Assembly (NCBI GenBank): GCA_016180525.1
Contig: JACPBB010000002.1
Span: forward strand, 48,824-112,823
Length of the DNA stretch: 64,000 bases
Direction of reading: 5' to 3'
From: Parcubacteria group bacterium
Lineage (GTDB): Bacteria > Patescibacteriota > Minisyncoccia > Phycocordibacterales > UBA2135
Within the stretch, counting starts at the first letter, position 1; every line of letters begins with the position of its first letter. The notes beneath the pieces are model-generated. The model saw only the letters and a list, made by a program, of their open reading frames with translations. It did no database searches and was not told where the DNA came from. The translations under genes were made by a program, and so were the position numbers. Below, piece after piece: positions 36,519 through 45,165 of this stretch.

Positions 36519-36797
36519 ATGATTTTAAATTTTTTGTCTATGTGGTATTACGTATATATACTTCGTTCATTAAAGGATAAAAAATTTTATATAGGATATA
36601 CTACTAATTTAAAATCACGATTTGAGGCACATTCAAAAGGGCATGTAGAGTCAACAAAGAAAAGAGGTCAACTAAAAATTGTATATTCCGAAGCGTGCCT
36701 CAATAAAAAAGACGCGTTGCATCGTGAAAAATATTTTAAAACACATCATGGTAAACAATTTTTATATAAACGCCTCAAATCGTATTTAACAGGGTGA
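36519..36797 (+). CDS. GIY-YIG nuclease superfamily protein (YhbQ/UPF0213-like)
   Basis: YVYILRS...KFYIGYTTNLKSRFEAH matches the GIY-YIG motif. Confidence 0.8.
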   Translation: MILNFLSMWYYVYILRSLKDKKFYIGYTTNLKSRFEAHSKGHVESTKKRGQLKIVYSEACLNKKDALHREKYFKTHHGKQFLYKRLKSYLTG

Positions 36798-36834
36798 TGA
36801 TTTTAATAGTCATTTCATTCCTTAAAAATCTATC

Positions 36835-37716
36835 ATGGACATGCTCAAATGGATAATTTTTATACTTGTTATTCTTTGGATCGTTTGGTTTTTAACCGGC
36901 GGTCCAAAAAGCGGATTTGTCAGTCAGCCGTTTTTACGCCCTCCCGCCCCTCTTGATACCGGGGAGCTTTATGGAGAACCGCTTTCAATTCCAGGCTTTG
37001 AAAGCAGAAGTGAAACGGGGTCTGCACAAGAAGAGAGCGCGCCTACATCAATATTCAGCGGAAGTATACAGCTTGCGGTTGGCAACCCCTACACTCAAAG
37101 TCCGCAGGAAGAATATGTTGAGATACGAGCCTCTTACAGCAACACGCAACCAATTAACATAACTGGCTGGGAAATAAAAAGCGCGATAAGCGGACTTGGC
37201 GCAAAGATCGGACAGGGAGTATACCTGCCGGCGTCTGGATTAGTAAACAGAGAAGAGCAAATTTTTCTAAATCCAGGTGACCACGCCGTTATAAACACGG
37301 GGCGATCCCCAAACGGCGTTTCGTTTCGGCTTAACAGTTGCACCGGGTACTTTGAACAATTCCAAGATTTTGCTCCGCAGCTTCCCTCGCAATGTCCGCT
37401 TATTGAAACTAAAGATCTGCCCGCAGTTGGAGCAGGAGGATTAAATGATGCCTGTATAAATTATATAGAACGTCTTCCGCAGTGTTTTGCTCACGTGCTT
37501 GCGGTCCCCACAGAGCTTTCTTCGGCATGCGGTGAATATATAAATAAAAATATCCATTACAGCGGATGTGTAGCCGCGCATAAAAATGATTCGGATTTTT
37601 ACAAGTCAGAATGGAGAATATTTCTAAATCAAAATACCGAATTGTGGCGCCAAACTAGAGAAACAATAAAGTTGTTTGATGCGCAGGGAAAAGTCATAGA
37701 CTCGCTTTCCTATTAG
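36835..37716 (+). CDS. hypothetical membrane-anchored Cys-containing protein
   Basis: N-terminal TM segment. No recognised domain. Confidence 0.5.
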   Translation: MDMLKWIIFILVILWIVWFLTGGPKSGFVSQPFLRPPAPLDTGELYGEPLSIPGFESRSETGSAQEESAPTSIFSGSIQLAVGNPYTQSPQEEYVEIRASYSNTQPINITGWEIKSAISGLGAKIGQGVYLPASGLVNREEQIFLNPGDHAVINTGRSPNGVSFRLNSCTGYFEQFQDFAPQLPSQCPLIETKDLPAVGAGGLNDACINYIERLPQCFAHVLAVPTELSSACGEYINKNIHYSGCVAAHKNDSDFYKSEWRIFLNQNTELWRQTRETIKLFDAQGKVIDSLSY

Positions 37717-37723
37717 GAATTAG

Positions 37724-37782
37724 GCACTAGGCGTTAGAATTTAAATTTTCTAGAGCCTAACGCCTAATACCTAGAGCCTTTT
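37724..37782. repeat. TTAGGCG-heptamer palindromic intergenic element (convergent-gene terminator)
   Basis: aggcactaggcgttagaa...ttctagagcctaacgcctaatacctagagcc. The same element family occurs at 59355-59415, 61395-61440 and 62425-62520. Confidence 0.5.
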
Positions 37783-38339
37783 TAAATATTTAAAATTCTG
37801 AAGAGGGCAGCCCCAGCTGCGACAGAGACATTGAGTGACTCCTTTTTCCCCTTCATGGGAATTTCCGCGATGATGTCGCAGTATTTGAGCACAGACGCGG
37901 GAATTCCCGACACTTCATTTCCAAAAACAAATGCTGTTTTTTTCTTCGGATGAATAGTTTTATAATCAATAGATTTTTTATCCTGCTCAATCGCAATAAC
38001 ATAAAAGCCATTTTGTCGTAATAACTTAATGAGCGGCACAACTCCAGTAACCTGCTCCCAGAATACTGTTTTTTCGGCCCCAAGCGCGGTTTTTTGAATC
38101 TCTTTTTGAATTCTACTAAATCTATCTATGGGCGCCGGGGTATGCCCCACAAGATATATTTTTGAAACTCCAGCTGCTTCTGCTGTCCTAAATATTGAGC
38201 CGACATTGTGGGTGCTTCGAATATTATGGAGCACAACTACAACTTCTTTATGGTTTCTCATGCGAAAACTATACCATATAATCTCTATGATATACTCATA
38301 GTATGATCTCTTTGTTTCCAGACTTTCTTTCGTTCGCAC
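37782..38339 (-). CDS. SpoU/TrmH family RNA 2'-O-methyltransferase
   Basis: VVVLHNIRSTHNVGSIFRTAEAAG motif. Confidence 0.8.
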   Translation of the reverse strand: MRTKESLETKRSYYEYIIEIIWYSFRMRNHKEVVVVLHNIRSTHNVGSIFRTAEAAGVSKIYLVGHTPAPIDRFSRIQKEIQKTALGAEKTVFWEQVTGVVPLIKLLRQNGFYVIAIEQDKKSIDYKTIHPKKKTAFVFGNEVSGIPASVLKYCDIIAEIPMKGKKESLNVSVAAGAALFRILNI

Positions 38340-38650
38340 TCATTGCACCATTTATCATTCGGCTCTGTCTTGGTTTTTATTTTTTGCTGTACGCAATTCG
38401 GCTTTTTAAAAACCCACCACCTGTGGGCAGTGCCCATAAAGGATATATTCTTGCGACAATTGCTCTCTTGGGAAGCGTCTTTGTGCTTCTCGGCCTTTTC
38501 ACTCAGGGGGCGGCAATTGTTCTTGGGCTTCTCTCTCTTTACCGAATGAAGCGCTCGCAAAATAAAATTCTCTACGCGCTTCTCTTCGGCATGGCGCTCT
38601 CGCTTCTCTTCTCCGGCGCGGGGCTTTTCGCGTTTGACTTGCCCTTGTAA
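38303..38650 (+). CDS. DoxX-like small membrane protein
   Basis: Four hydrophobic helices. 115 aa. Confidence 0.5.
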   Translation: MISLFPDFLSFALIAPFIIRLCLGFYFLLYAIRLFKNPPPVGSAHKGYILATIALLGSVFVLLGLFTQGAAIVLGLLSLYRMKRSQNKILYALLFGMALSLLFSGAGLFAFDLPL

Positions 38651-38700
38651 TTCTATATTGAAAATTGTATAGTGAACCCAGAAAAAAAGGAGTTGCCACA

Positions 38701-38964
38701 ATGAGTTACGCCAATATTGATCAACGAATTAAAGAATTAGAAGAAGAAATTGCCGACGGAAGCGAACATCAGATAGAAACTTGGGAGCATGGTGGCTGGG
38801 GGGTTGGCTATGGACTTCTTGCACAGGGCAGTAGGCTTGAGAAAAAACGTAAAAAACTTTCATCATTAAGAAAAGTGAAGCGGCTCTATGAGGCATTGGA
38901 CATGTTTTTGAAGCATATTCGCATTTTTTTTCGTAGCCTCGGGGGTGTGGGGACACGCCGATGA
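38701..38964 (+). CDS. hypothetical protein
   Basis: AAGGAG RBS lies 9 nt upstream of the ATG at 38701. ATGA-coupled to the next ORF. Confidence 0.45.
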   Translation: MSYANIDQRIKELEEEIADGSEHQIETWEHGGWGVGYGLLAQGSRLEKKRKKLSSLRKVKRLYEALDMFLKHIRIFFRSLGGVGTRR

Positions 38965-39317
38965 GCCACGTTGACATTGACGCGTGTATTGCATTTTCTA
39001 AAGAGGGAGTCACGCGTTGTGAGAAAATGATAATGGAGATGTTTGGAGATGGCGGCTGTTGCATTGCCCAGTCATTTGCTTTGGCAAAACAGAGACACTT
39101 ACTCAATATTGAATTGTTGGAAGAACTGAAACAAAAATACGAAAATTTAAATGATCTTCAAAAACAAGCCCTCATACAATCTTTTCTTGCAAAAATAATT
39201 ACTGAATTTCATACTGATGTGCTAAAGAGAAAAATAGAGATTCTTGAGAGAACAATAATCAGACTGCTTCCTGAAGCTGCCCAAAAATTTGTTCACACAA
39301 CTCCAAAAGCCGCATAA
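38961..39317 (+). CDS. hypothetical protein (118 aa)
   Basis: Coupled to the upstream ORF. A terminator hairpin follows. Confidence 0.5.
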   Translation: MSHVDIDACIAFSKEGVTRCEKMIMEMFGDGGCCIAQSFALAKQRHLLNIELLEELKQKYENLNDLQKQALIQSFLAKIITEFHTDVLKRKIEILERTIIRLLPEAAQKFVHTTPKAA

Positions 39318-39371
39318 AGCGGCTTTTTCTTGTTTTGAGTTTGAAATTTTAAACTTTTATGATATAAAAAT

Positions 39372-39396
39372 AATGACGCATGTGCGTCATTTTTTA
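39372..39396 (+). terminator. rho-independent terminator
   Basis: AATGACGCA-TG-TGCGTCATT followed by TTTTT. Confidence 0.5.
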
Positions 39397-39397
39397 T

Positions 39398-39470
39398 CCG
39401 CCCATAGCTCAGCTGGTAGAGCAGCTCCCTTTTAAGGAGAAGGTCCCAGGTTCGATTCCTGGTGGGCGGA
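39398..39470 (+). tRNA. tRNA-Lys (anticodon TTT)
   Basis: Acceptor stem CCGCCCA/TGGGCGG. D-arm GCTCAGCTGGTAGAGC. Anticodon loop CTTTTAA. T-loop TTCGATT. Confidence 0.85.
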
Positions 39471-39888
39471 TTTGATAAAAAGGAAAATTTGTTTTAAAAA
39501 CAAAAGTTATCCACATATGATATTGCTCCCTTCGCGTCACAAGATACAATAAAGGCAGACCTGAAATACGTCTTATTGAAAAACTTTAGCCGGTAAGGCC
39601 TCAACATTTCGTTCAATACAAAGACGCATTTCAATTGTTCCATTAAAGTCATTTTTTGACTCTATTTTTTAAAGCCCGATTGCTAGAAACCCGCAAACCA
39701 TTGCGGGTTTCATTATTGCCAAATTTTAATGAGTTTAAACGAATATAAAATTTGAGCACCCCGTTAGAAGTTTTTATGTTATACCAGCATATTATTGATG
39801 GTAGCCGTAGGCGGATTCGCTTGCGTATATTATTTCACCTCTTGGCGCGCGCTGAACTTTCTAATGGGGTAAGCCCACAAAATATTTT

Positions 39889-40599
39889 TTAGAGATTAAG
39901 CACGAATCGCTCAAGCGCAACGCGCATGTCATGGAGCCCGCGCCGCGCGTCGTGGTAGAGAGAAACGAGGGCCTCCGAGAGATTTTCAAGCTCTTCCGTA
40001 GAATAGTTATTCGCAAACCGTTTTGTTTTCTGATACACAAAGGGGTGAAGTCCCGGATTTTCTCCTTCCCGCTTCACCAAAAGCATATTTTTGATTTGAG
40101 AAAAAAATGTGCCAAGTATCTGCTCCGGCTTAAGACCTTCTCCATCAATCGCCTTACAAAACAATACCCATGTTTTTTTGCGGTCTCGTGCGCCAAATGC
40201 GTCTCCAAGCGCAAAGGAGTTAATGTTTCTTTTTTGTCCTTTTTCTTTCTCTGACTTCCATATTTTCTGCGCGTGCGCAGTAATCTTTTTTATAAACGCC
40301 GCCTCAATTTTCTCTTCAAGTAATACAAAAACATTCGGGGATTCCGCAAACTCTTTTAAACGTTCTTCAATAAATGCTTTCGCCTCCGGCGCAAGAAGGG
40401 CATTTCGCAAAAGAATAATATGCTCGCGCTCAAAAAGTCCCTGCCCGTGTAGGAGCTCTTCAATATCCCGAATATTAAAATTTTCCTCTCCGTATTCAAA
40501 AAAGGACGCGTTCGGTTTTTTCTCAAACAATTTTTCTAAAAACATATCGCACTTTTTGCGACTTTCATCAGCGTTGTTTCCATAAAAAAGATAAATCAT
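39889..40599 (-). CDS. holA: DNA polymerase III subunit delta (HolA-like)
   Basis: MIYLFYG N-terminus and a delta-subunit-like helical C-terminus. Adjacent to polA. Confidence 0.65.
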   Translation of the reverse strand: MIYLFYGNNADESRKKCDMFLEKLFEKKPNASFFEYGEENFNIRDIEELLHGQGLFEREHIILLRNALLAPEAKAFIEERLKEFAESPNVFVLLEEKIEAAFIKKITAHAQKIWKSEKEKGQKRNINSFALGDAFGARDRKKTWVLFCKAIDGEGLKPEQILGTFFSQIKNMLLVKREGENPGLHPFVYQKTKRFANNYSTEELENLSEALVSLYHDARRGLHDMRVALERFVLNL

Positions 40600-40619
40600 G
40601 CTAAATTTTAAATTTGAAA

Positions 40620-43007
40620 TTATAAATTTGCAATTTGCAATTTTTTCAACTCTCCCCAATTATCTCCTACAGATACATCAACAATGAATGGAATGTCGGT
40701 TTTAACAATATGTTCCATAATGTGTTTAATTTTTGGCACAACTGCTGAAACTGCGTCTTTTTTAATTTCATAAACAAGCTCGTCGTGCACCTGTAAAAGT
40801 AAAAATACCTTATCAGCTAGATTTTCTTTAGTGAGCATTTCATTCACGCGGATAATCGCGAGTTTAATAATATCCCCCGTTGCGGTCCCTTGTATGGGGG
40901 CATTCACTGCCATGCGCTCTGCCGCGCTTCTGATATAGGGAATATTTGAATGAATACCCTCAATATAGCGACGTCTTCCAAAAAGCGTTTCCGTATAGCC
41001 CCTCTTCGCGGTTTCTTGTTTTATGTGCTCAATATACTTCGCGATTCCAGGAAATTTTTTAAAATAATCATCATAAAATTTTTGCGCTTCTTCGCGGGTA
41101 CTTTTGAGTGACCGCTGAAGCGATGTAATCCCCATACCATAAATAATGCCGAAATTAATCACCTTCGCCTTCCTGCGCATATCTTTATTTACTTTGTGAA
41201 GAGTGACCCCGAATATGTGAGCGGCAACGGCCGCGTGCACATCAACTCCCTCCTGTAAAATTTTCGTAAGTGTTTTCTCTTTTGATAACAACGCAAGAAC
41301 CCGCAGTTCAATCTGCGAATAATCAAGTGCGACAAGCGAAAATCCTTTGTCCGCGCGAAATGCCATCCGAATTTCGTCTCCATATCCTCCGCGCGCGGGA
41401 ATATTCTGCATATTCGGGTCTTTTGACGACATGCGACCCGTTGTTGTTCCTGTTTGAATAAATGTTGTATGCAGTCGCCCATCTTTTGAAACCATCTGCG
41501 GAATATTATCAACATATGTTGAAAGTAGCTTTTGCAGTTCCCGATAGCCTAAAATGTGCTCAATAATGGGGTGAGCGCCCTCAAGTTTTAAAAGTTCCGA
41601 CTCGCGAGTTGAGCGCGCACCTCCCTCTGTTTTCCGCAACCCTTTGAGAGAAAGTTTCAGGTGATCAAAAAGCACAACCGAAAGCTGCTGTGATGAGTTA
41701 ATATTAAATCTTTCCCCAGCTTCTTTCCAAATGTTATTTTGGAGTTTTTCCAGTGCGTCGTGATATTTTTTAGAAAGTTTTTTCAGGTATGCGGTATCAA
41801 CAATAATTCCCCGCTCACTCGCCTGTTTGAGAAGCGGCAGAAGTGGCAATTCAATGTCGTAGTATACTTTTTCTAGATTTCTTTTTTTGAGTTCTTCAAA
41901 AATACGCTTTTTTGCGCTTGCAAAAGAATCTGTGTGAACAAATTGCAAAATATCTTCTTTTGTGGGACTTGTGATGTTGGAATTAACAAGCCAGAGCGCG
42001 AGAGCAGTTTCTGCAACTTCTTTTTGAGAAATGCTCTCTGATTTCGATGCCTCTTTTTCTTCTGTTGTCTCAACGTCTCCAAACATTTTTTTTGCCCGCT
42101 CGGTGAGCGTTCTGAATTCAAGCTCGTGAAAAAGCGCCGCAACTTTTGAAACATCAAACGACTCCGCAAATGATTTTTCCGGAAGAGAAAAAGAAATGGG
42201 GGCATCGGCGCGAATTGTCGCGAGCGTTTTTGAAAAAAGCGCTTCTTCTTCGCCTTCTTGTAAAAGTTTTATTATGCGCGGCGTTAGACTCTTTTTCGCA
42301 AACTGTTTCTCGTCTTTTTTAAGCGCCCTATACATCTCTTCAATACTTCCAAATCCTTGAATTAGAATTGTCGCTGTTTTCTCTCCGATACCCTTAATTC
42401 CCACAATGTTGTCCGACGGGTCTCCCCGCAAGCCTTTAAAATCAGGAAGAAGTTTTGGAGAGAATCCGAAACGTTTTTCTACGGCCTCTTCGTCGTAGAG
42501 TACCGTGTCGTTTATTCCTTTTTTAAGGGTAAATACCTGTACCCGCCTATCGTCTACAAGCTGGAGCGTGTCCATGTCACCCGAGGCAATCACTATTTCA
42601 ATATCGCCCTTCTGAAGTTTTTTTTTCATCTGCGCGACAATGGTGCCGAGCATATCGTCAGCCTCAAACCCCAATTTTTCATAGATGGGAATGTTAAACG
42701 CCTTGAAAATATCCCGCGAGCGATTCATTTGCGCGATAAGGTCATCTTCCGCTTTGGGCCGCTTCGCTTTATATGCTTCATACGCGACGTGCCTGAACGT
42801 GGGGCCCGGCATATCGTAACAAGCGGCAATATAATCCGGCTTCAAGTCGGCAATGATTTTCATGAGCATAGCGGAGAGACCATAGAGAGCTCCTGTCGGC
42901 TCGCCCTTGCTTGAAGAAAACTCAGGCATGGCGTGATAGCCACGATGGAGAATCGCGTGCGCATCCAGAAGCACTAATCTCTTTGATTTTTTAGATATGT
43001 TTACCAT
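40620..43007 (-). CDS. polA: DNA polymerase I (5'-3' exonuclease + polymerase domains)
   Basis: N-terminal 5' nuclease domain. C-terminal family A polymerase motifs: DYSQIELR, RRxAKxxNFGxxYG and QVHDELV. Confidence 0.9.
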   Translation of the reverse strand: MVNISKKSKRLVLLDAHAILHRGYHAMPEFSSSKGEPTGALYGLSAMLMKIIADLKPDYIAACYDMPGPTFRHVAYEAYKAKRPKAEDDLIAQMNRSRDIFKAFNIPIYEKLGFEADDMLGTIVAQMKKKLQKGDIEIVIASGDMDTLQLVDDRRVQVFTLKKGINDTVLYDEEAVEKRFGFSPKLLPDFKGLRGDPSDNIVGIKGIGEKTATILIQGFGSIEEMYRALKKDEKQFAKKSLTPRIIKLLQEGEEEALFSKTLATIRADAPISFSLPEKSFAESFDVSKVAALFHELEFRTLTERAKKMFGDVETTEEKEASKSESISQKEVAETALALWLVNSNITSPTKEDILQFVHTDSFASAKKRIFEELKKRNLEKVYYDIELPLLPLLKQASERGIIVDTAYLKKLSKKYHDALEKLQNNIWKEAGERFNINSSQQLSVVLFDHLKLSLKGLRKTEGGARSTRESELLKLEGAHPIIEHILGYRELQKLLSTYVDNIPQMVSKDGRLHTTFIQTGTTTGRMSSKDPNMQNIPARGGYGDEIRMAFRADKGFSLVALDYSQIELRVLALLSKEKTLTKILQEGVDVHAAVAAHIFGVTLHKVNKDMRRKAKVINFGIIYGMGITSLQRSLKSTREEAQKFYDDYFKKFPGIAKYIEHIKQETAKRGYTETLFGRRRYIEGIHSNIPYIRSAAERMAVNAPIQGTATGDIIKLAIIRVNEMLTKENLADKVFLLLQVHDELVYEIKKDAVSAVVPKIKHIMEHIVKTDIPFIVDVSVGDNWGELKKLQIANL

Positions 43008-43009
43008 TC

Positions 43010-43456
43010 TTAAATCTTAATAGTTATTTTTCTTTCATGCTCACTAATATGTTCAAAATATATTTTTATTGCGTTTTTGGGAATTGCTTTTTCTATTCTG
43101 TCCGCCCATTCAACAAGAATAATGTTGCGCGAATCTTTTTTTATATCATCCCAGCCGATTTGATGTAGCTCGCCCTCATCTTTGAGCCGATACGCGTCAA
43201 TATGTATAAATTTTGTAAAATCATTTTTTAAAATATCATATGCCCGCAAAAGTATAAATGTAGGACTTGGAACGGTTTCCTCTACTCCAAATTCTTTCGC
43301 GGCCGCTTGAGCAAAATTCGTCTTTCCACTTCCTAAATCTCCGTAGAGCGCGAGCATCGTGGCTTCTTTCCGTTTTGTGTCAGAGAGAATGTTTGCAACT
43401 ATTTCGCGAGCTATTTTTTCCGTCTCTTTCGGATTGTGAGTAATGTGCTCTGTCAT
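43010..43456 (-). CDS. tsaE: tRNA threonylcarbamoyladenosine biosynthesis protein TsaE
   Basis: LYGDLGSGKTNFAQ P-loop and the SPTFIL motif. Confidence 0.85.
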   Translation of the reverse strand: MTEHITHNPKETEKIAREIVANILSDTKRKEATMLALYGDLGSGKTNFAQAAAKEFGVEETVPSPTFILLRAYDILKNDFTKFIHIDAYRLKDEGELHQIGWDDIKKDSRNIILVEWADRIEKAIPKNAIKIYFEHISEHERKITIKI

Positions 43457-43552
43457 ATTTATTTAATTGTAACACGACATTATAAATAGAAAGGGCGCGC
43501 CATCCAAATCCGAAGATTGGATGTCGCGCCCTTGAGTTGTTGGCCGAGTTGC

Positions 43553-44029
43553 TTAGCGCACGCCGCAGAACGGCGAGCCCCAGCCGTGCACACGGCACTG
43601 TTCGGCCGCGTCATTCCAGGCCTGGTTATCGGCGGCATTGCGGACCCACTGGGCTCGAACGTCACCGAGATTCGCGCCGCCCTGGCCGATGCCGAAGCCG
43701 ATGGTGGCTTGCGGCGCCTGAAAGATGACGCCCTGCTGCTGCGGAACCGGAACGATAATGATCTGCGGCTGCTGGTAGACCACGACAGGCGGCTGTGGAG
43801 CCTGAATGATGACCGTCTGGGTCGGATACGAGTGACCGTAGACGACCTGCGGCGGCGTCAGTATCCGGTCGAGCACGAAGCCGGTGAAAGTGCCAGCCGC
43901 GAATGCACCCCAACTGTTACCGCCGTGATTGTGGTGACGGCCGCCGGCGTTGGCGTCGTTGGCGAAGCCAGTGAAGCCGATGGCGATGATCGAGAAGATG
44001 GCAAGCGAAGAGAGAATCTTGCGAACCAT
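43553..44029 (-). CDS. secreted Pro/Gln-rich hypothetical protein, GC-rich islet
   Basis: Signal peptide MVRKILSSLAIFSIIAIGFTGFANDANA. GC is much higher than the surrounding genes. Confidence 0.55.
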   Translation of the reverse strand: MVRKILSSLAIFSIIAIGFTGFANDANAGGRHHNHGGNSWGAFAAGTFTGFVLDRILTPPQVVYGHSYPTQTVIIQAPQPPVVVYQQPQIIIVPVPQQQGVIFQAPQATIGFGIGQGGANLGDVRAQWVRNAADNQAWNDAAEQCRVHGWGSPFCGVR

Positions 44030-44223
44030 TTTTTTGGCCCTCCTTAGGCCGATGTTGAATGGAACCACTTCTAAGCTAATGTAATTATATCATACTTTGA
44101 TATATAAAGTCAAGCCCCCAAACAGTTAAAATACCCTTATTTTACAATCATAAAAATTCAGTTCCAAGGCCTGGCCTTGGAACGGTAAAAATAAAAAGAG
44201 GCGGCATCGTGAGATGCCGCCGG

Positions 44224-44388
44224 CTAGAGATAGAATTCCGGTACTTTTTTTGAGAGGCGCCTACGATTGTGTTTCTCCATCCACTCTCCAGCACTGTCTA
44301 TGAGCCGAAGAGCGGAGATAAGCGTCGCGGCGATTGCGACGATTGCCCACTCTGCAAATTTTCGGGCATTGTCATCTTTCATGTTCAT
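44224..44388 (-). CDS. small single-TM protein (54 aa) in GC-rich islet
   Basis: GGGAGG RBS lies 6 nt upstream of ATG AAC ATG. TM segment WAIVAIAATLISAL. Perfect 9-bp hairpin plus T-run lies downstream. Not in the supplied ORF track (<60 aa). Confidence 0.4.
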   Translation of the reverse strand: MNMKDDNARKFAEWAIVAIAATLISALRLIDSAGEWMEKHNRRRLSKKVPEFYL

Positions 44389-44508
44389 GATCTGCCTCCC
44401 TTAAAATGTTAAATCTGATTGCTTTTTATTATATCAATAAAATATATTTATGTCAAGTGTCTAAAATAATATAAAAGCGCCCCTAACTTGAGGGGCGCGA
44501 TTGCGAAA

Positions 44509-45000
44509 TTAATTAACGATTCTCCATGAACCATCCGGATTTCTGCACGCTGTGCCATAGGCTCGCACCTTCTTGCCGCCGACAGTTACTTCCTGCTGAT
44601 ATTCGCGACAGTATTCACCAGAAGAAGTCTGATATGTGCGAGTAGGCATAATCATTCCAGAGTGTCCGGAATCAGGATTGTGCCACGGAGTTCCGACCCT
44701 GGTGGGATTCGTTTCAAGAGCTACCATAGCAGCGCGCTCAGCGTACATTCTGTCAGCGCGGTCAAGCGAGGCGCCGACTTCACTACCAGCCCATGCACCG
44801 AGAAGGACGCCGAGTGCAGTTGCCGCAAGCTGACCCTTGCCCGAGCCAATCTGCGAGCCAGCGAGTCCGCCGATAGCCCCGCCGATAAGCATTCCGCCTG
44901 TTTGTTTGTTCCCCCATCCATTTGACTGACATGCCGAAACCGAAATCATGAGCGCAAACACAAGTCCAACGCTTAGAATGGCTTTCATTATTCTTTTCAT
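44509..45000 (-). CDS. glycine-zipper lipoprotein (17 kDa surface antigen/SlyB-Pcp-like family), GC-rich islet
   Basis: Lipobox VSAC. Gly-zipper GGAIGGLAGSQIGSG. C-terminal YCREYQQ...GTACRNPDGSWRIV module. GGAGGGG RBS. Terminator hairpin GCGCCCCT...AGGGGCGC lies downstream. Confidence 0.65.
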   Translation of the reverse strand: MKRIMKAILSVGLVFALMISVSACQSNGWGNKQTGGMLIGGAIGGLAGSQIGSGKGQLAATALGVLLGAWAGSEVGASLDRADRMYAERAAMVALETNPTRVGTPWHNPDSGHSGMIMPTRTYQTSSGEYCREYQQEVTVGGKKVRAYGTACRNPDGSWRIVN

Positions 45001-45120
45001 TGACCCCTCCTTTTTGGGCCGCATTGTGGGTGTCAAAACCCGCACAAAGTTTATATGAAGAGAGATTGTGGGTCAAGCTAACCCACCTTTATACCTTATA
45101 CAGAATACCGAAGCACCGAA

Positions 45121-45165
45121 CACATACTTTCAAAGTATGTGCTCTGGCTTTATACTTAAAGATAT
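45121..45165 (+). promoter_or_regulatory. 13-bp-arm inverted repeat (GAACACATACTTT/AAAGTATGTGCTC) fused to GGCTTTATACTT promoter-like element abutting the pilB start
   Basis: Near-identical to 16312-16354. Confidence 0.45.

Noticed and set aside
37717-37790. Possibility that the TTAGGCG repeat clusters are a CRISPR array
   Set aside because: There are only one or two inverted (not direct) repeat pairs per locus. They lack regular unique spacers and sit between gene ends, so they are palindromic REP/terminator elements rather than CRISPR.
43517-44047. 176-aa plus-strand ORF and others overlapping the GC-rich secreted protein gene
   Set aside because: Antisense/off-frame artefacts of GC-rich DNA (Arg/Ala-rich).
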